A DNA stretch of 62,679 nt, counting the filler. It is 7 parts of 7 records of this genome, joined end to end, with 100 filler letters (N's around TTAATTAATTAA, not from the genome) between each part and the next. Parts side by side here need not be neighbours in the genome. Positions count along the whole stretch, not along the records: positions 38,400 to 51,482 come from DRR723986_19108; 6 more parts are not named here. One strand, 5' to 3'. Positions 38,563 through 49,802 of the stretch are shown here, one piece after another. Numbering within the stretch: the stretch's first letter is position 1; every line of letters begins with the position of its first letter. The position numbers and the translations under genes are program-made. The notes beneath the pieces are model-generated. The model was not told the DNA's origin. It made no database searches and worked only from the letters and a program-made list of their open reading frames with translations.

Positions 38563-40011
38563 TCAAACACACTGCGTCCGGCTGTCGACAAGTGCGCCGT
38601 CCGCATTGAACAGCTCTACCTGCAGCGGCATCTGACCGAGAGCGTGGGTGGCACACGAAAGGCATGGATCATAGGCGCGGATCGCGACTTCGACATGGTT
38701 GAGCATGCCCTCGGTAATCTGCTCCTTGCCGGAAAGATGCTTGACCGCGACATCCTTCACCGCGCGGTTCATGCCTTCGTTGTTATGGGTCGTGGAGACG
38801 ATCAGGTTGCAATAGGTCACCTGGTCATGTTCATCGACCTTGTAATGGTGGATGAGGTTGCCACGTGGAGCCTCGATCACCCCGATGCCTTCCTCGCGCC
38901 GGTCCCCTTTGGCAATCAGATCCGTCCCTTGCAGATCCGGGTCGTTCAGAAGCTCCCGGATCTTCTCCACGCAATGCAGAACCTCGATCATCCGCGCCCA
39001 GTGATTGGCCAGCGTGGAATTGTTCGGCGTACCGCACGTCACGGCCTTGAGGTCTTTCAGAGCGGCATCGGCAAGAGGCGTGTCGATGAAGGCGGCCGTG
39101 TTCATGCGTGCCAGCGGTCCGACCCGATACCAGCCGACATCCGGCCCAAGCGTCTTGATGAAAGGAAATTTCATGTACGACCAGGAGCGCACGTCCTCGA
39201 CAATCAGCTCGTGATATTTCGTGTAAGGCACCTGATCGAAGATCATGTCTCCGGTGGAACTGAGAGCCCGCAGGTTGCCGTGATAGAGATCAAGCGCACC
39301 GTCGCTCTCGCGCACCAGTGACATGTAGTTGGAGGGGAACGACCCGAACTCGGCGACCAGGTCTTCATGCTCCAGCGTGTAGTTCCTGGCGAGCTTCACC
39401 GCATCCAGGGACCATTCGATCATCTGGTCCACCGAGGCGAGAAAATGATCCCGCCGTTCGATGGGCAGGTTGCGGTTGATTCCACCGGGAATGGCGCCGG
39501 TGCCGTGCACCTTCTTGCCTGCCGTCGCCTCGATGATCTCCTGCCCGTATTTGCGCATCAGGACGGCGCGCTTGCCGAGTTCCGGATTTTCCTTGATCAC
39601 CTCGAAGATGTTGCGCTTTTCCGCAGGCGCACCGAAGCCGAACAGAAGATCGGGCGCTGCCAGGTGGAAGAAGTGCAGCACGTGGGACTGCATCACCTGG
39701 CCGTAATGCATCAGCCGGCGCATCTTTTCCGCCGTCGGCGTCAACTGGTCGACACCGGCGATCATGTCCATGGCTTTCGCTGCCGCCAGATGGTGGCTGA
39801 CAGGGCAGATGCCGCAAAGCCGCTGAACGATCACCGGCACTTCCCACATCAGCCGGCCGCGGATGAACCGCTCGAAGCCGCGGAATTCGACAATGTGCAG
39901 CCGGGCTTCATCCACCTCGTTTTCCGCATTGAGGTGGATCGTCACCTTGCCGTGGCCTTCCACGCGGGTGACGGGAGAGATTTCAATCAGTCTGGGTTCA
40001 GTCATCGCCAT
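38563..40011 (-). CDS. hoxH: NAD-reducing [NiFe]-hydrogenase large subunit (group 3d)
   Basis: TRVEGHG, L1 RLCGIC, L2 DPCLSCATH followed by a cleavable C-terminal extension. Confidence 0.95.
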   Translation of the reverse strand: MAMTEPRLIEISPVTRVEGHGKVTIHLNAENEVDEARLHIVEFRGFERFIRGRLMWEVPVIVQRLCGICPVSHHLAAAKAMDMIAGVDQLTPTAEKMRRLMHYGQVMQSHVLHFFHLAAPDLLFGFGAPAEKRNIFEVIKENPELGKRAVLMRKYGQEIIEATAGKKVHGTGAIPGGINRNLPIERRDHFLASVDQMIEWSLDAVKLARNYTLEHEDLVAEFGSFPSNYMSLVRESDGALDLYHGNLRALSSTGDMIFDQVPYTKYHELIVEDVRSWSYMKFPFIKTLGPDVGWYRVGPLARMNTAAFIDTPLADAALKDLKAVTCGTPNNSTLANHWARMIEVLHCVEKIRELLNDPDLQGTDLIAKGDRREEGIGVIEAPRGNLIHHYKVDEHDQVTYCNLIVSTTHNNEGMNRAVKDVAVKHLSGKEQITEGMLNHVEVAIRAYDPCLSCATHALGQMPLQVELFNADGALVDSRTQCV

Positions 40012-40016
40012 CACCC

Positions 40017-40586
40017 TCAGTCGAACTTGATCATTTCACGCTCGAAGCCCCGGAACTTGCCGGTCAGCAGCTTGGAAAGCGTGTCGAAGATGATGTCCCC
40101 ACTGGGTGCACAGCCGGGGATCTGGTAGTCGATCTCCACCACCTGGGAACACGGATAAACCTCATCCAGAAGCAGCGGCAGAGCCGGGTCGTTGGGCACG
40201 TTGTGGGTCGTGTTGCGGATGTATTTGCCGGTGATATAGGCCTCGTCCAGGCATTCGCGCAGCGGCGCGTCGGAATGCATGATCGCGTTGCGCATGGCCG
40301 GCAGCCCACCCATGATCGCGCATTGGCCGAGCGCGATCAGCACATCGCAGTTGCGCCGGAAGTCATGCAGCACATGCACATTTTCCTCGTTGCAGCAGCC
40401 GCCCTCGATGATGCCGATGTCGCACCGTTGGGTGAAGCGCTTCTTGTCGGTAAGCGGCGAGCGGTCAACGTCGACAAGCTGCATCAGCTCGATCAGGCGC
40501 TCGTCGATATCCAGGATCGCCATGTGACAGCCGAAACAGCCGGCAAGAGAAGCGGTCGCGATCCGGGCCTTGGGCAGCTCGCTCAT
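40017..40586 (-). CDS. hoxY: NAD-reducing hydrogenase small subunit
   Basis: LAGCFGC, EGG, GQCA, PGCAP; ATGA overlap with hoxU. Confidence 0.93.
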   Translation of the reverse strand: MSELPKARIATASLAGCFGCHMAILDIDERLIELMQLVDVDRSPLTDKKRFTQRCDIGIIEGGCCNEENVHVLHDFRRNCDVLIALGQCAIMGGLPAMRNAIMHSDAPLRECLDEAYITGKYIRNTTHNVPNDPALPLLLDEVYPCSQVVEIDYQIPGCAPSGDIIFDTLSKLLTGKFRGFEREMIKFD

Positions 40587-41311
40587 TTGCGCTTCTCCTC
40601 GATGTCGTGACCGATCAGGCCATGATCGAATTCCCGCTCGCCGATGGGAACGGCGAAGCCGACGCGCTTGCGGATGATGCAGCCGACCGGGCAGACTTCC
40701 GCCGAAATCGCGTGATCGGTCACCTCCGCATCTGTATCGGCAAGGTTCTCGCCATTGACTGCCACACGGCGGTGAATGCCGCGGCCGACATAACCGAAGA
40801 TGCCCTTGCCATCGACGTCCTGGGAGGCGCGAATGCAGCGCCCGCAGGAAATGCAGCGGTTGGTGTCCAGCGCGATGTCGGGATGGGAGGCATCCAGCGC
40901 CCGGCACGGTTCCAGATAGGGAAACCTGGTGGCTTCCGTCATGTCGAGTCGGTAGGCCATGGCCTGAAGCTCGCAATTGCCGCTGGCTTCGCAAATGGGG
41001 CAAAGGTGATTGCCCTCGTGAAACAGCATTTCCACCAGATCGCGGCGCATCTTGGTCAGGCGCGGTGTCTCGTTTTCCACCGCCTGCCCCGGCGCCGCCG
41101 GCTGGGTGCAGGCGGCAACGCTGCGCCCGCCCGCCTTCACCGTGCAAACCCGGCAACTGCCCTGATGGCGCAAGCCTTCGTGGTCGCACAGGCGCGGGAT
41201 ATAAACCCCGGCCTCGTCGGCCGCTTCCATGATGGTCTGGCCCGCATAGGCGGTGATCTCCACCCCGTCGATGGTGAAGGTGAAGCCGGTCTCTCTCTTC
41301 GTGCCGCTCAT
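40583..41311 (-). CDS. hoxU: Diaphorase Fe-S subunit
   Basis: IPRLC..GSCRVC..ACT (2Fe-2S), HLCPIC..GNCELQ, CISCGRC..CPVG. Confidence 0.93.
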   Translation of the reverse strand: MSGTKRETGFTFTIDGVEITAYAGQTIMEAADEAGVYIPRLCDHEGLRHQGSCRVCTVKAGGRSVAACTQPAAPGQAVENETPRLTKMRRDLVEMLFHEGNHLCPICEASGNCELQAMAYRLDMTEATRFPYLEPCRALDASHPDIALDTNRCISCGRCIRASQDVDGKGIFGYVGRGIHRRVAVNGENLADTDAEVTDHAISAEVCPVGCIIRKRVGFAVPIGEREFDHGLIGHDIEEKRK

Positions 41312-43188
41312 TGGGTGAAATCCTTGTCGAAGATATAGGAGCGGCGCTTGGCGATCTTGCGTGCCCCGTCGATGGCCGACTGGATGTCGAACGTATCGCG
41401 GATGCCGTCCTTGCTCGGCTTGATCACCGCCGAATAGACCAGCGGAAAGTTCTTCAAGGTGGTGAGAACCGGGTTGGGAGACGTCATGCCGAGACCGCAG
41501 CGGCTGGTCTCGATGATCGTACCGGAGAGGTCCTTGAGGTAGTCGATGTCCTCCGGGTTCGCGAGCCCCTTGCGGAACTTCTGGATCGCCTTCTGCAGGA
41601 AGACGTTGCCGACCCGGCAGGGCGTGCAATAGCCGCAGCTCTCATGCACGAAGAAGGACATGTAGTATTCGACGATCTCCAGAACGTTGCGCTCTCCGTT
41701 GAAGACGATGACCGCCCCGCCGGTCGCAAGGTCGTCGAACGTCAGTTTGCGGTGAAAGCTGTCGCGGGCGATCATCGTGCCGCTCGGTCCGCCAACCTGA
41801 ACCGCGGCGGCATCCTCGCCGCCGACCATCGCCAGCAGTTCCCGGACCGTGTGTCCGTAAGGCAGTTCATAGATGCCCGGGTTCAGGCAATCGCCACAGA
41901 CGGAGAAGAGCTTGGTGCCGTGCGAGCCTTCCATGCCCATGGCATTGAACCATGCCGCCCCCTTGTCGAGAATGCGCGCGGCATGACAGAAGGTCTCAAC
42001 GTTGTTGACCACCGTCGGATACCCGAGATAGCCGCGGTTCACCGGGAACGGCGGCCGTGTCTTGGGTTCGCCCGGTAAGCCCTCACATGAGCTGATAAGC
42101 GCACCTTCCTCGCCGCATATATAAGCGCCGGCGCCAAGCTGCAGGCGGATATCGAAATCAAAGGCCTTAACGCCCAGAATGTCCTTGCCGAGAAGACCGC
42201 GCCGGCGTCGTTCTTCCAGCACCTGAAGCAGAAGCTCGCGCAGATAGACATATTCGCCGCGCAGATAAAGGATGCCCTCGCGCGCACCGACAGCCCTTGC
42301 CGCTATAGTCATGCCTTCGATCAGGAGATGCGGCCGTTCGGTCAGGAGGACGCGGTCCTTGAAGGTGCCCGGTTCGCCTTCATCGGCGTTGCAGATGACG
42401 AAGTGCTTCTCGGCACGTTCACTGGCCGCGAACCGCCACTTGCGGCCGGTGGTAAAGCCTGCGCCGCCACAGCCGCGCAAGCCGCTTTCCTCGATCGCGG
42501 AGATGATCTGCGTCGGTGTTATCGTGGCCGCCTTGGCAAGCCCGGCGTCTTCTGGAACAGGCCCCAACAGCACTTCACCCGCATGGCGGATGTTGTTGTC
42601 GACCATATGCAAGGCGCGTTCGGAAGGTGTCAGCGCCTCGAACCTCTCGCTGATCAACTGCTCTGGGCTTCGGCCCGCCTTCAGCGCCTGCGCGGCGCTA
42701 CGCGCGGTCTCCGGCGTCAGTTTCGTCAGGACGATGTCGTTGACCATCGCGGCTGGCGCCTGATCGCACATGCCGATGCAGGGAGTGTATTCCAGCGAAA
42801 ACGCACCGTCGTTGCTGGTTTCGCCGATTTTGAGCCCAAGCTCCTCTTCAAAAACACAGGCGACCTCTGACACCCCGGAGAACCGGTCGACGATATCGTC
42901 ACACAGCCGAATGGTGACCCTGCCTTTCGGCGCCAGGGAGAGGAAGGAATAGAAGCTGGCAACGCCCTCCACCTCGATCCGGGTGAGACCGGTAGAGGCG
43001 GCAACATGGTCCATGGTGGCCGGGGCGATGCAGCGGTAGCGGTCCTGCACCTCACGCAGGATGTCGAGCATTCGGTGCTTGTCGTTGCCGAATTGCGCGC
43101 AGATCGCTTCGATCTCTTCGGCAGGAACAGGCGCGGTTCCGCAGATGGCCGTGGAGACCCCGTTCCCGGTCTTGTGCCCGTTGTCCAT
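41308..43188 (-). CDS. hoxF: Diaphorase flavoprotein (NuoE+NuoF fusion)
   Basis: N-terminal NuoE-like domain (CIGMCDQAP), GLRGCGGAGF, CNADEGEPG, ESCGYCTPCR. Confidence 0.93.
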   Translation of the reverse strand: MDNGHKTGNGVSTAICGTAPVPAEEIEAICAQFGNDKHRMLDILREVQDRYRCIAPATMDHVAASTGLTRIEVEGVASFYSFLSLAPKGRVTIRLCDDIVDRFSGVSEVACVFEEELGLKIGETSNDGAFSLEYTPCIGMCDQAPAAMVNDIVLTKLTPETARSAAQALKAGRSPEQLISERFEALTPSERALHMVDNNIRHAGEVLLGPVPEDAGLAKAATITPTQIISAIEESGLRGCGGAGFTTGRKWRFAASERAEKHFVICNADEGEPGTFKDRVLLTERPHLLIEGMTIAARAVGAREGILYLRGEYVYLRELLLQVLEERRRRGLLGKDILGVKAFDFDIRLQLGAGAYICGEEGALISSCEGLPGEPKTRPPFPVNRGYLGYPTVVNNVETFCHAARILDKGAAWFNAMGMEGSHGTKLFSVCGDCLNPGIYELPYGHTVRELLAMVGGEDAAAVQVGGPSGTMIARDSFHRKLTFDDLATGGAVIVFNGERNVLEIVEYYMSFFVHESCGYCTPCRVGNVFLQKAIQKFRKGLANPEDIDYLKDLSGTIIETSRCGLGMTSPNPVLTTLKNFPLVYSAVIKPSKDGIRDTFDIQSAIDGARKIAKRRSYIFDKDFTQ

Positions 43189-43391
43189 GGCCCCTCCCTC
43201 CTGATACCCAAAGCAGTTTGCACCCGCGTAGGCGATGACCGTTCCATCCGGAAGTGACTGACTGGTGTTGCGCCCTGCCGCTAAATCGATTTGAGATCAA
43301 ACCGGACTGCAGCACATGATGGCAACGACCCGCAATACACTTGTGAAATTTCCGAGTGGTTCCACGCTTCCAGACTTGCAGGAAAACGTCT

Positions 43392-43405
43392 TTGAGGAAG
43401 ATCAA
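43392..43405. promoter_or_regulatory. Candidate FNR box upstream of hoxF
   Basis: TTGAG-GAAG-ATCAA (9/10 match to TTGAT-N4-ATCAA). Confidence 0.5.
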
Positions 43406-43498
43406 CCTGCTTATAATCGGGGCAGATGGAACCCGATGGCCTATCGGTCGATCGTGCTGACCGAGGCGCGTTCAAGGACCTTCAGTCAGGGCAAAAAA

Positions 43499-45889
43499 TC
43501 AGTCATCGAAGGTTGAGGGCGCTTGCAAATTTGCCGCGATCACCGCCTGACCGAGCGCAAGGCCGCCATCGTTGGCTGGCACACTTTTGTGATTGAGAAC
43601 GGTGTAGCCATCGGCTTCCAGCTTCTCGGTCAGGCCGTCGCGCAGGAAGGCGTTCTGGAAAACGCCACCGGAAAGAACGACCTTGCCGGATGGTCTTGCG
43701 CCTGCAACCGACAGGCTGCGCGCAATGCCGTCGATCAGGCCCTGGTGAAAGCGCGCGGAGATAGTCTCATGCCCCACTCCCGATTTGAGATCGCCAAGAA
43801 GCGCAGGCCAGACCTTGTCGAACGACAGCAATACGGTTTCCGACGTCGTCACCTCCACCGGATATCCTTCCTTGCCAGCCACGGAGGCGCGCGCCAACAC
43901 CTCCAGCTGCATTGCAGCCTCACCTTCGAAGCCTTGCTTGTCCGGACAAATATCAAGCGCGGCAGCCACCGCATCAAACAGTCGCGCGGCAGAGGACGTC
44001 ATCGGTGCGTTGACACCTTTCTGCATCATCTGATCAAGCAGCTTTGCTTGATGGCCGGCAAACCTGGTTTCCAGACCGGTTCCCACCAGGTTGGCGCGGT
44101 AGTTCACTCCAAAGGCAGTAAACAATTGCGCAGCCAGATTGCGCCACGGCTCCCGGTTTGCAGCCTCTCCTCCCGGCAACGGCACTTGCCGGAAATGGCC
44201 ACGCCGCACGAAGCCGCCATAGCTTCCCTGCAGGATTTCACCGCCCCAGACCGTCCCGTCCGCCCCCCAGCCTAGCCCGTCCAGAACAACGGCATGAACG
44301 GTACCGGGCATCGCCTGGTCTTGCCCCTGGTCAGCCAGACAGGCCGCGAGATGCGCATGGTGATGCTGCACCCGAACCAGCGGCAGGCCACGCTCCCGGG
44401 CAAAGTCTTCGCCGGTCCGCGTAGACAGATATTGAGGGTGTGCATCGACGGCGACAATATCAGGCTCGAACTGGTAGAGGTCCAGATAGAGCTTCAGCAT
44501 CTTCTTGTAGTCCGCAAGGGTCGGCGCGTTTTCAAGATCGCCGATATGCTGCGACAGGACTGCATTGCGGCCGTCGAGAAGGCAGAAGGTCGCCTTCAGC
44601 TCTCCCCCAAGAGCAAGAACCTTCGGCGCCCCCTCGAAATAAGTGGGCAGACGGATCGGCGACGGAGCGTATCCACGCGCGCGGCGTATTATGGAAACGC
44701 CGGATCGATCCTGACGGACGACGCTGTCATCCAGCCGGTTGACCACGTCGCGGTTGTGCATCAGGAACCCGTCGACAATGCCTGCAAGGTTGTGCCGGGC
44801 ACATGCGTTTTGTGTTTCCTGCGGGTTCTCGGAAAGATTTCCGGAGGTCAGCACAATCGGCCCCTTCAGCTCGGCCATCAGGAGATGGTGCAAGGGGGTG
44901 TTCGGCAGCATGACACCCAGGCGGTCGAACGGACCGGCGATACCCGGCGCCAGTTGTGCGCCCGCTTTCCTAAGAAGAACGATCGGTGCCGCCGGGCTTT
45001 CCAGCAACGCCACCTCTTTTGCATCAGCCAAGGCGAAGTCCCGAATCTGGTCCAGATCCCGCGCCATAAGGGCGAGTGGCTTCACCGGACGGTGCTTGCG
45101 CAACCTCAGCTTTTCAACGGCGCTCTGATTGCCTGCATCGACCGCTATCTGAAACCCGCAAAGACCCTTGATCGCCAGAATGGCACCGCGCCCGAGCCGC
45201 TCGGCGGCAAGGACGACAGGATCGCCATCAACGGCACATCCGTCTTTGCCCTCAAACCAGAGTTTCGGCCCGCACTGCGGACAGGCAATCGGTTGGGCAT
45301 GGAAGCGTCGGTCAGCCGGGTTTTCATATTCGATGCGGCACGCCCGGCACATTTCGAAGGCCGCCATGGCTGTCGAGGCCCGGTCATAAGGAATGTGCCG
45401 CAGGATGGACAGACGCGGTCCGCAATGGGTGCAATTGGCAAAGGCATAGCGGTAACGCCGGTCGGCCGGGTTGCGGATGTCGGCAAGGCAAGCCGGACAC
45501 GTTGCGACGTCCGGCACCACGCCAGTGGCGACCTTGCCTTCTTCACTCGGCAGAATTCTGAAATCTCTGGCATCGGGCGCACCCGCCAGATCGGACACGG
45601 CAATCTGGTCGATACGTGCCAGCAGTGGCGCGTCCGATTGCAGACGGCTCAGAAAAAGGTCAAGCGAACGCTCGTCACCACTTGCTTCGATCAGCACACC
45701 TTCGCCGTCGTTCAGCACATGACCCGCAAGACCCAGGCCCCTTGCAAGCTGCCAGACAAACGGCCGAAAGCCGACGCCCTGGACAAGACCCCTGATCCGT
45801 ATGGATTTGGCTGACCTCAATGGACCTGTTTCTTGCACGCGCTCAAGATCTCTGGATTGCCCGACGCCGCCGCCGACGATGACCTTCAT
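43499..45889 (-). CDS. hypF: Hydrogenase maturation carbamoyltransferase
   Basis: VQGVGFRP acylphosphatase domain, two CxxC..CxxC Zn fingers, QHHHAH, NDGGLALGQ; start uncertain. Confidence 0.95.
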   Translation of the reverse strand: MKVIVGGGVGQSRDLERVQETGPLRSAKSIRIRGLVQGVGFRPFVWQLARGLGLAGHVLNDGEGVLIEASGDERSLDLFLSRLQSDAPLLARIDQIAVSDLAGAPDARDFRILPSEEGKVATGVVPDVATCPACLADIRNPADRRYRYAFANCTHCGPRLSILRHIPYDRASTAMAAFEMCRACRIEYENPADRRFHAQPIACPQCGPKLWFEGKDGCAVDGDPVVLAAERLGRGAILAIKGLCGFQIAVDAGNQSAVEKLRLRKHRPVKPLALMARDLDQIRDFALADAKEVALLESPAAPIVLLRKAGAQLAPGIAGPFDRLGVMLPNTPLHHLLMAELKGPIVLTSGNLSENPQETQNACARHNLAGIVDGFLMHNRDVVNRLDDSVVRQDRSGVSIIRRARGYAPSPIRLPTYFEGAPKVLALGGELKATFCLLDGRNAVLSQHIGDLENAPTLADYKKMLKLYLDLYQFEPDIVAVDAHPQYLSTRTGEDFARERGLPLVRVQHHHAHLAACLADQGQDQAMPGTVHAVVLDGLGWGADGTVWGGEILQGSYGGFVRRGHFRQVPLPGGEAANREPWRNLAAQLFTAFGVNYRANLVGTGLETRFAGHQAKLLDQMMQKGVNAPMTSSAARLFDAVAAALDICPDKQGFEGEAAMQLEVLARASVAGKEGYPVEVTTSETVLLSFDKVWPALLGDLKSGVGHETISARFHQGLIDGIARSLSVAGARPSGKVVLSGGVFQNAFLRDGLTEKLEADGYTVLNHKSVPANDGGLALGQAVIAANLQAPSTFDD

Positions 45890-46114
45890 TTCTCGCCAGC
45901 CACGAGGCACCGCCCCTGTGCAGGCACGGTTCAGTAATCCCCTGAATGGCGAATGATTTCCAGATGGATATTTTTGAATGACCCGCAATCGAGGCACGCA
46001 CAGCGCGAACGGGAGCTCATGGTCGCTCGCCTGAGCAAGACCAAACGTTTTGTAGAACAGAGGGGATATGCTCCTGCTCCGGACGACTTTCCGCCCGGAG
46101 CAGTGTTGGATCAC

Positions 46115-47299
46115 TCAGCGCAGCGGGCGCTGCGCAAAGGTATTGTAGGCTTGCTGCCCGTTCGAACCGTTTCTGGTTTCCAGGCGTTCCAGATTGATGA
46201 TGGCCGACAGCATCAGCCGGTCCTGGCTCCAGTCCGCCGGTTTCTGGATCGACAGTGCCGACAGGAAAACCACCGCAACCATGGGCAGCACGGCCAGGCA
46301 GGTAACGCCCCAATGAGGACGAACCCGATTGGTTTCCAGCAAGGCCTCCACGCGGCGGCGCAGTTTCGCGGCCGGGGAACGGCGAAGCAGCTTGTCCTGC
46401 ACCTCCAAAAGGGCAACGGCTGCGATCCCGACGGAACGTTTGCGCGCTTCCTTGTCCTGGCGCTTGCGGATCCCCGCCTGGGCGGCGCGGAGCAGACACA
46501 TGCAATAGGACCTCAGGTCCACATGGGCGTTTTCGGCGACCTTCTGATCGCAGGCCAGTTCACGCAGACGCTCGACTTCCGACTTCCACATGTAGAAGAA
46601 CGGGTTCCAGAAGAACAGCGGGCGCAGCAGTTCAAGCCCGATTTCCCAGGTGACATCGCCCTGGCGCAGATGCTGGAACTCGTGCTTGAGAACCAGCTTC
46701 AGGTCTTCCGGCTCGGCCAGCAGGTCCGACGGAATGACCACGTAGTGGCGCCTCAGCCCACGTGCGGAAAACGGCACCATTGCGCGATCCGACAGCAGCA
46801 ACAGCACACGGCCATTGCTCCGCCATTCATGGCAGGTTGCCAGCACCCGGTACAATCGGACGAAGCTGACGACAAGCTTCAGCGCGAAATAGCTGAACCC
46901 GGCCACGAAAGCCAAAGCGATCCCGGCACCCAGACCGGTAGACAGGGTCAGGATCGTTTCGCTGATCTGCGTGCGCAGTCCAAGCAGCGACTGAAAGTCT
47001 TCCGCCGAAATGGCGATGCCGCCACGCAGGTACTGCGACACGGCGTAATCGGCCAGGTTGACGGACATGGTCCGGGGGACCACCTCCGCCGACAGCATGT
47101 GCTGGTAGCCCATGACGGCGAAGGGTGTTAGCAGGATCAGGGCGAACAAGCCGTTCAGCAGCCCAAGCTGCACGGAAAAGTCGACCTTCTTGCCGGAACG
47201 GGCCAGCAGAAGTTTGGCGCTCAGCCACACCATTGCGGTAATGGCCAGTGTGATGTTCAGATCGATATAGATATCGAAAATCTGGTTAAGTAGCGTCAT
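46115..47299 (-). CDS. M56 family (BlaR1/MecR1-like) membrane metallopeptidase
   Basis: HEFQH zinc motif, FFWNP, RELACD; no C-terminal penicillin-binding domain. Confidence 0.9.
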   Translation of the reverse strand: MTLLNQIFDIYIDLNITLAITAMVWLSAKLLLARSGKKVDFSVQLGLLNGLFALILLTPFAVMGYQHMLSAEVVPRTMSVNLADYAVSQYLRGGIAISAEDFQSLLGLRTQISETILTLSTGLGAGIALAFVAGFSYFALKLVVSFVRLYRVLATCHEWRSNGRVLLLLSDRAMVPFSARGLRRHYVVIPSDLLAEPEDLKLVLKHEFQHLRQGDVTWEIGLELLRPLFFWNPFFYMWKSEVERLRELACDQKVAENAHVDLRSYCMCLLRAAQAGIRKRQDKEARKRSVGIAAVALLEVQDKLLRRSPAAKLRRRVEALLETNRVRPHWGVTCLAVLPMVAVVFLSALSIQKPADWSQDRLMLSAIINLERLETRNGSNGQQAYNTFAQRPLR

Positions 47300-47681
47300 C
47301 TGTCCTCCTCCTGTCCAGCAACGCTCTGATTTCCTCCAGATCGTCTCCCGATAGTTCGTATTCATCGACAAGTCGGGCCACGAGGGACGCCGGCGTGCCG
47401 TCGAACAGTTTTTCTGAAAGGTTTCGGAGAGATCGGGACTGGTAGGTATCCCTGGTCAGCCGAGGGGAATAGATGAATGTCTTGCCTTCTTTGCGGCTGT
47501 CCACGAAGCCTTTTTCATCCAGGATCCGCATGATGGTGGCGCAGGACGTATAGGCGAGTTTTCTCTCCGGCGGCAGACATGCAAGGATGTCCCGCACGGA
47601 ACCTTCGCCGAGTTTCCAGAGTTCGGTCATGAACTCCAGTTCGACTTCGGTCAAAAACTCGTTGCTCTTACGCTTTCTCAT
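47286..47681 (-). CDS. BlaI/MecI/CopY family repressor
   Basis: LTEVELEFMTELW, LAYTS, LDEKGFV, LFDG. Confidence 0.92.
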   Translation of the reverse strand: MRKRKSNEFLTEVELEFMTELWKLGEGSVRDILACLPPERKLAYTSCATIMRILDEKGFVDSRKEGKTFIYSPRLTRDTYQSRSLRNLSEKLFDGTPASLVARLVDEYELSGDDLEEIRALLDRRRTDDAT

Positions 47682-47751
47682 TACAGTCCTGCACCGATTG
47701 CGGAATGGATGTGGCTTACGCATCTATTCATGCACCAGAATATCGGAAATT

Positions 47752-47765
47752 ACTATGTCTTTAGT
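47752..47765. promoter_or_regulatory. Candidate BlaI-type operator
   Basis: ACTA-TGTCTT-TAGT, resembling ACTACAnnTGTAGT, about 70 bp upstream of the repressor. Confidence 0.5.
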
Positions 47766-47816
47766 CGACGAAAGTGTTCGGGTTTCTCCCCTGATCGAGA
47801 CCACCTGATGGACGAA

Positions 47817-47843
47817 GCGCGCGGGGAACCCGCGCGCCTTTAT
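47817..47843. terminator. Hairpin after DUF2160 gene
   Basis: GCGCGCGGG-gaa-CCCGCGCGC. Confidence 0.55.
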
Positions 47844-47848
47844 TCACG

Positions 47849-48126
47849 TCAGACTTTCCAGAAGCAGAAGACGCCCCAACCGATGCTCAGGGCGAGCGGC
47901 CACCAGAGCGGGTTGCCCACCAGGCCCAGCCAGGCCAGGAAGATATAGGCCGTTCCGAGCAAGGTGATGAAAAGGCGGTCGCCGCGGGTCGTTTCCAGTC
48001 CCAGGACACCGCGCCGGGCAGCGCCACCGGGAAATTTCACTTCCAGGGCGGTCAGCACCCCGATTGCGGAGAATATACCGACGAACAGCAGAGCCGTCGG
48101 CAGGGTCCAGGCCATCCAACCGAGCA

Positions 48127-48130
<4 letters not shown>
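47849..48130 (-). CDS. DUF2160 small membrane protein (GlpU-like)
   Basis: WMAWTLPTA...TTRGDRLFI. Confidence 0.88.
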
Positions 48131-48924
<794 letters not shown>

Positions 48925-48935
48925 GACGGTTCTCC

Positions 48936-49798
<863 letters not shown>

Positions 49799-49802
<4 letters not shown>

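Noticed and set aside
40017-41629. Apparent N-terminal extensions or fusions of HoxY and HoxU (also HypF, NUDIX, CysG, PutA, Pip)
   Set aside because: Artefacts of longest-ORF calling; internal starts with SD sequences or ATGA/GTGA overlaps give normal lengths.
43286-43300. Second FNR box near hoxF (TCGAT-TTGAG-ATCAA)
   Set aside because: Spacer is 5 nt and the left half-site is poor; only one good half-site.
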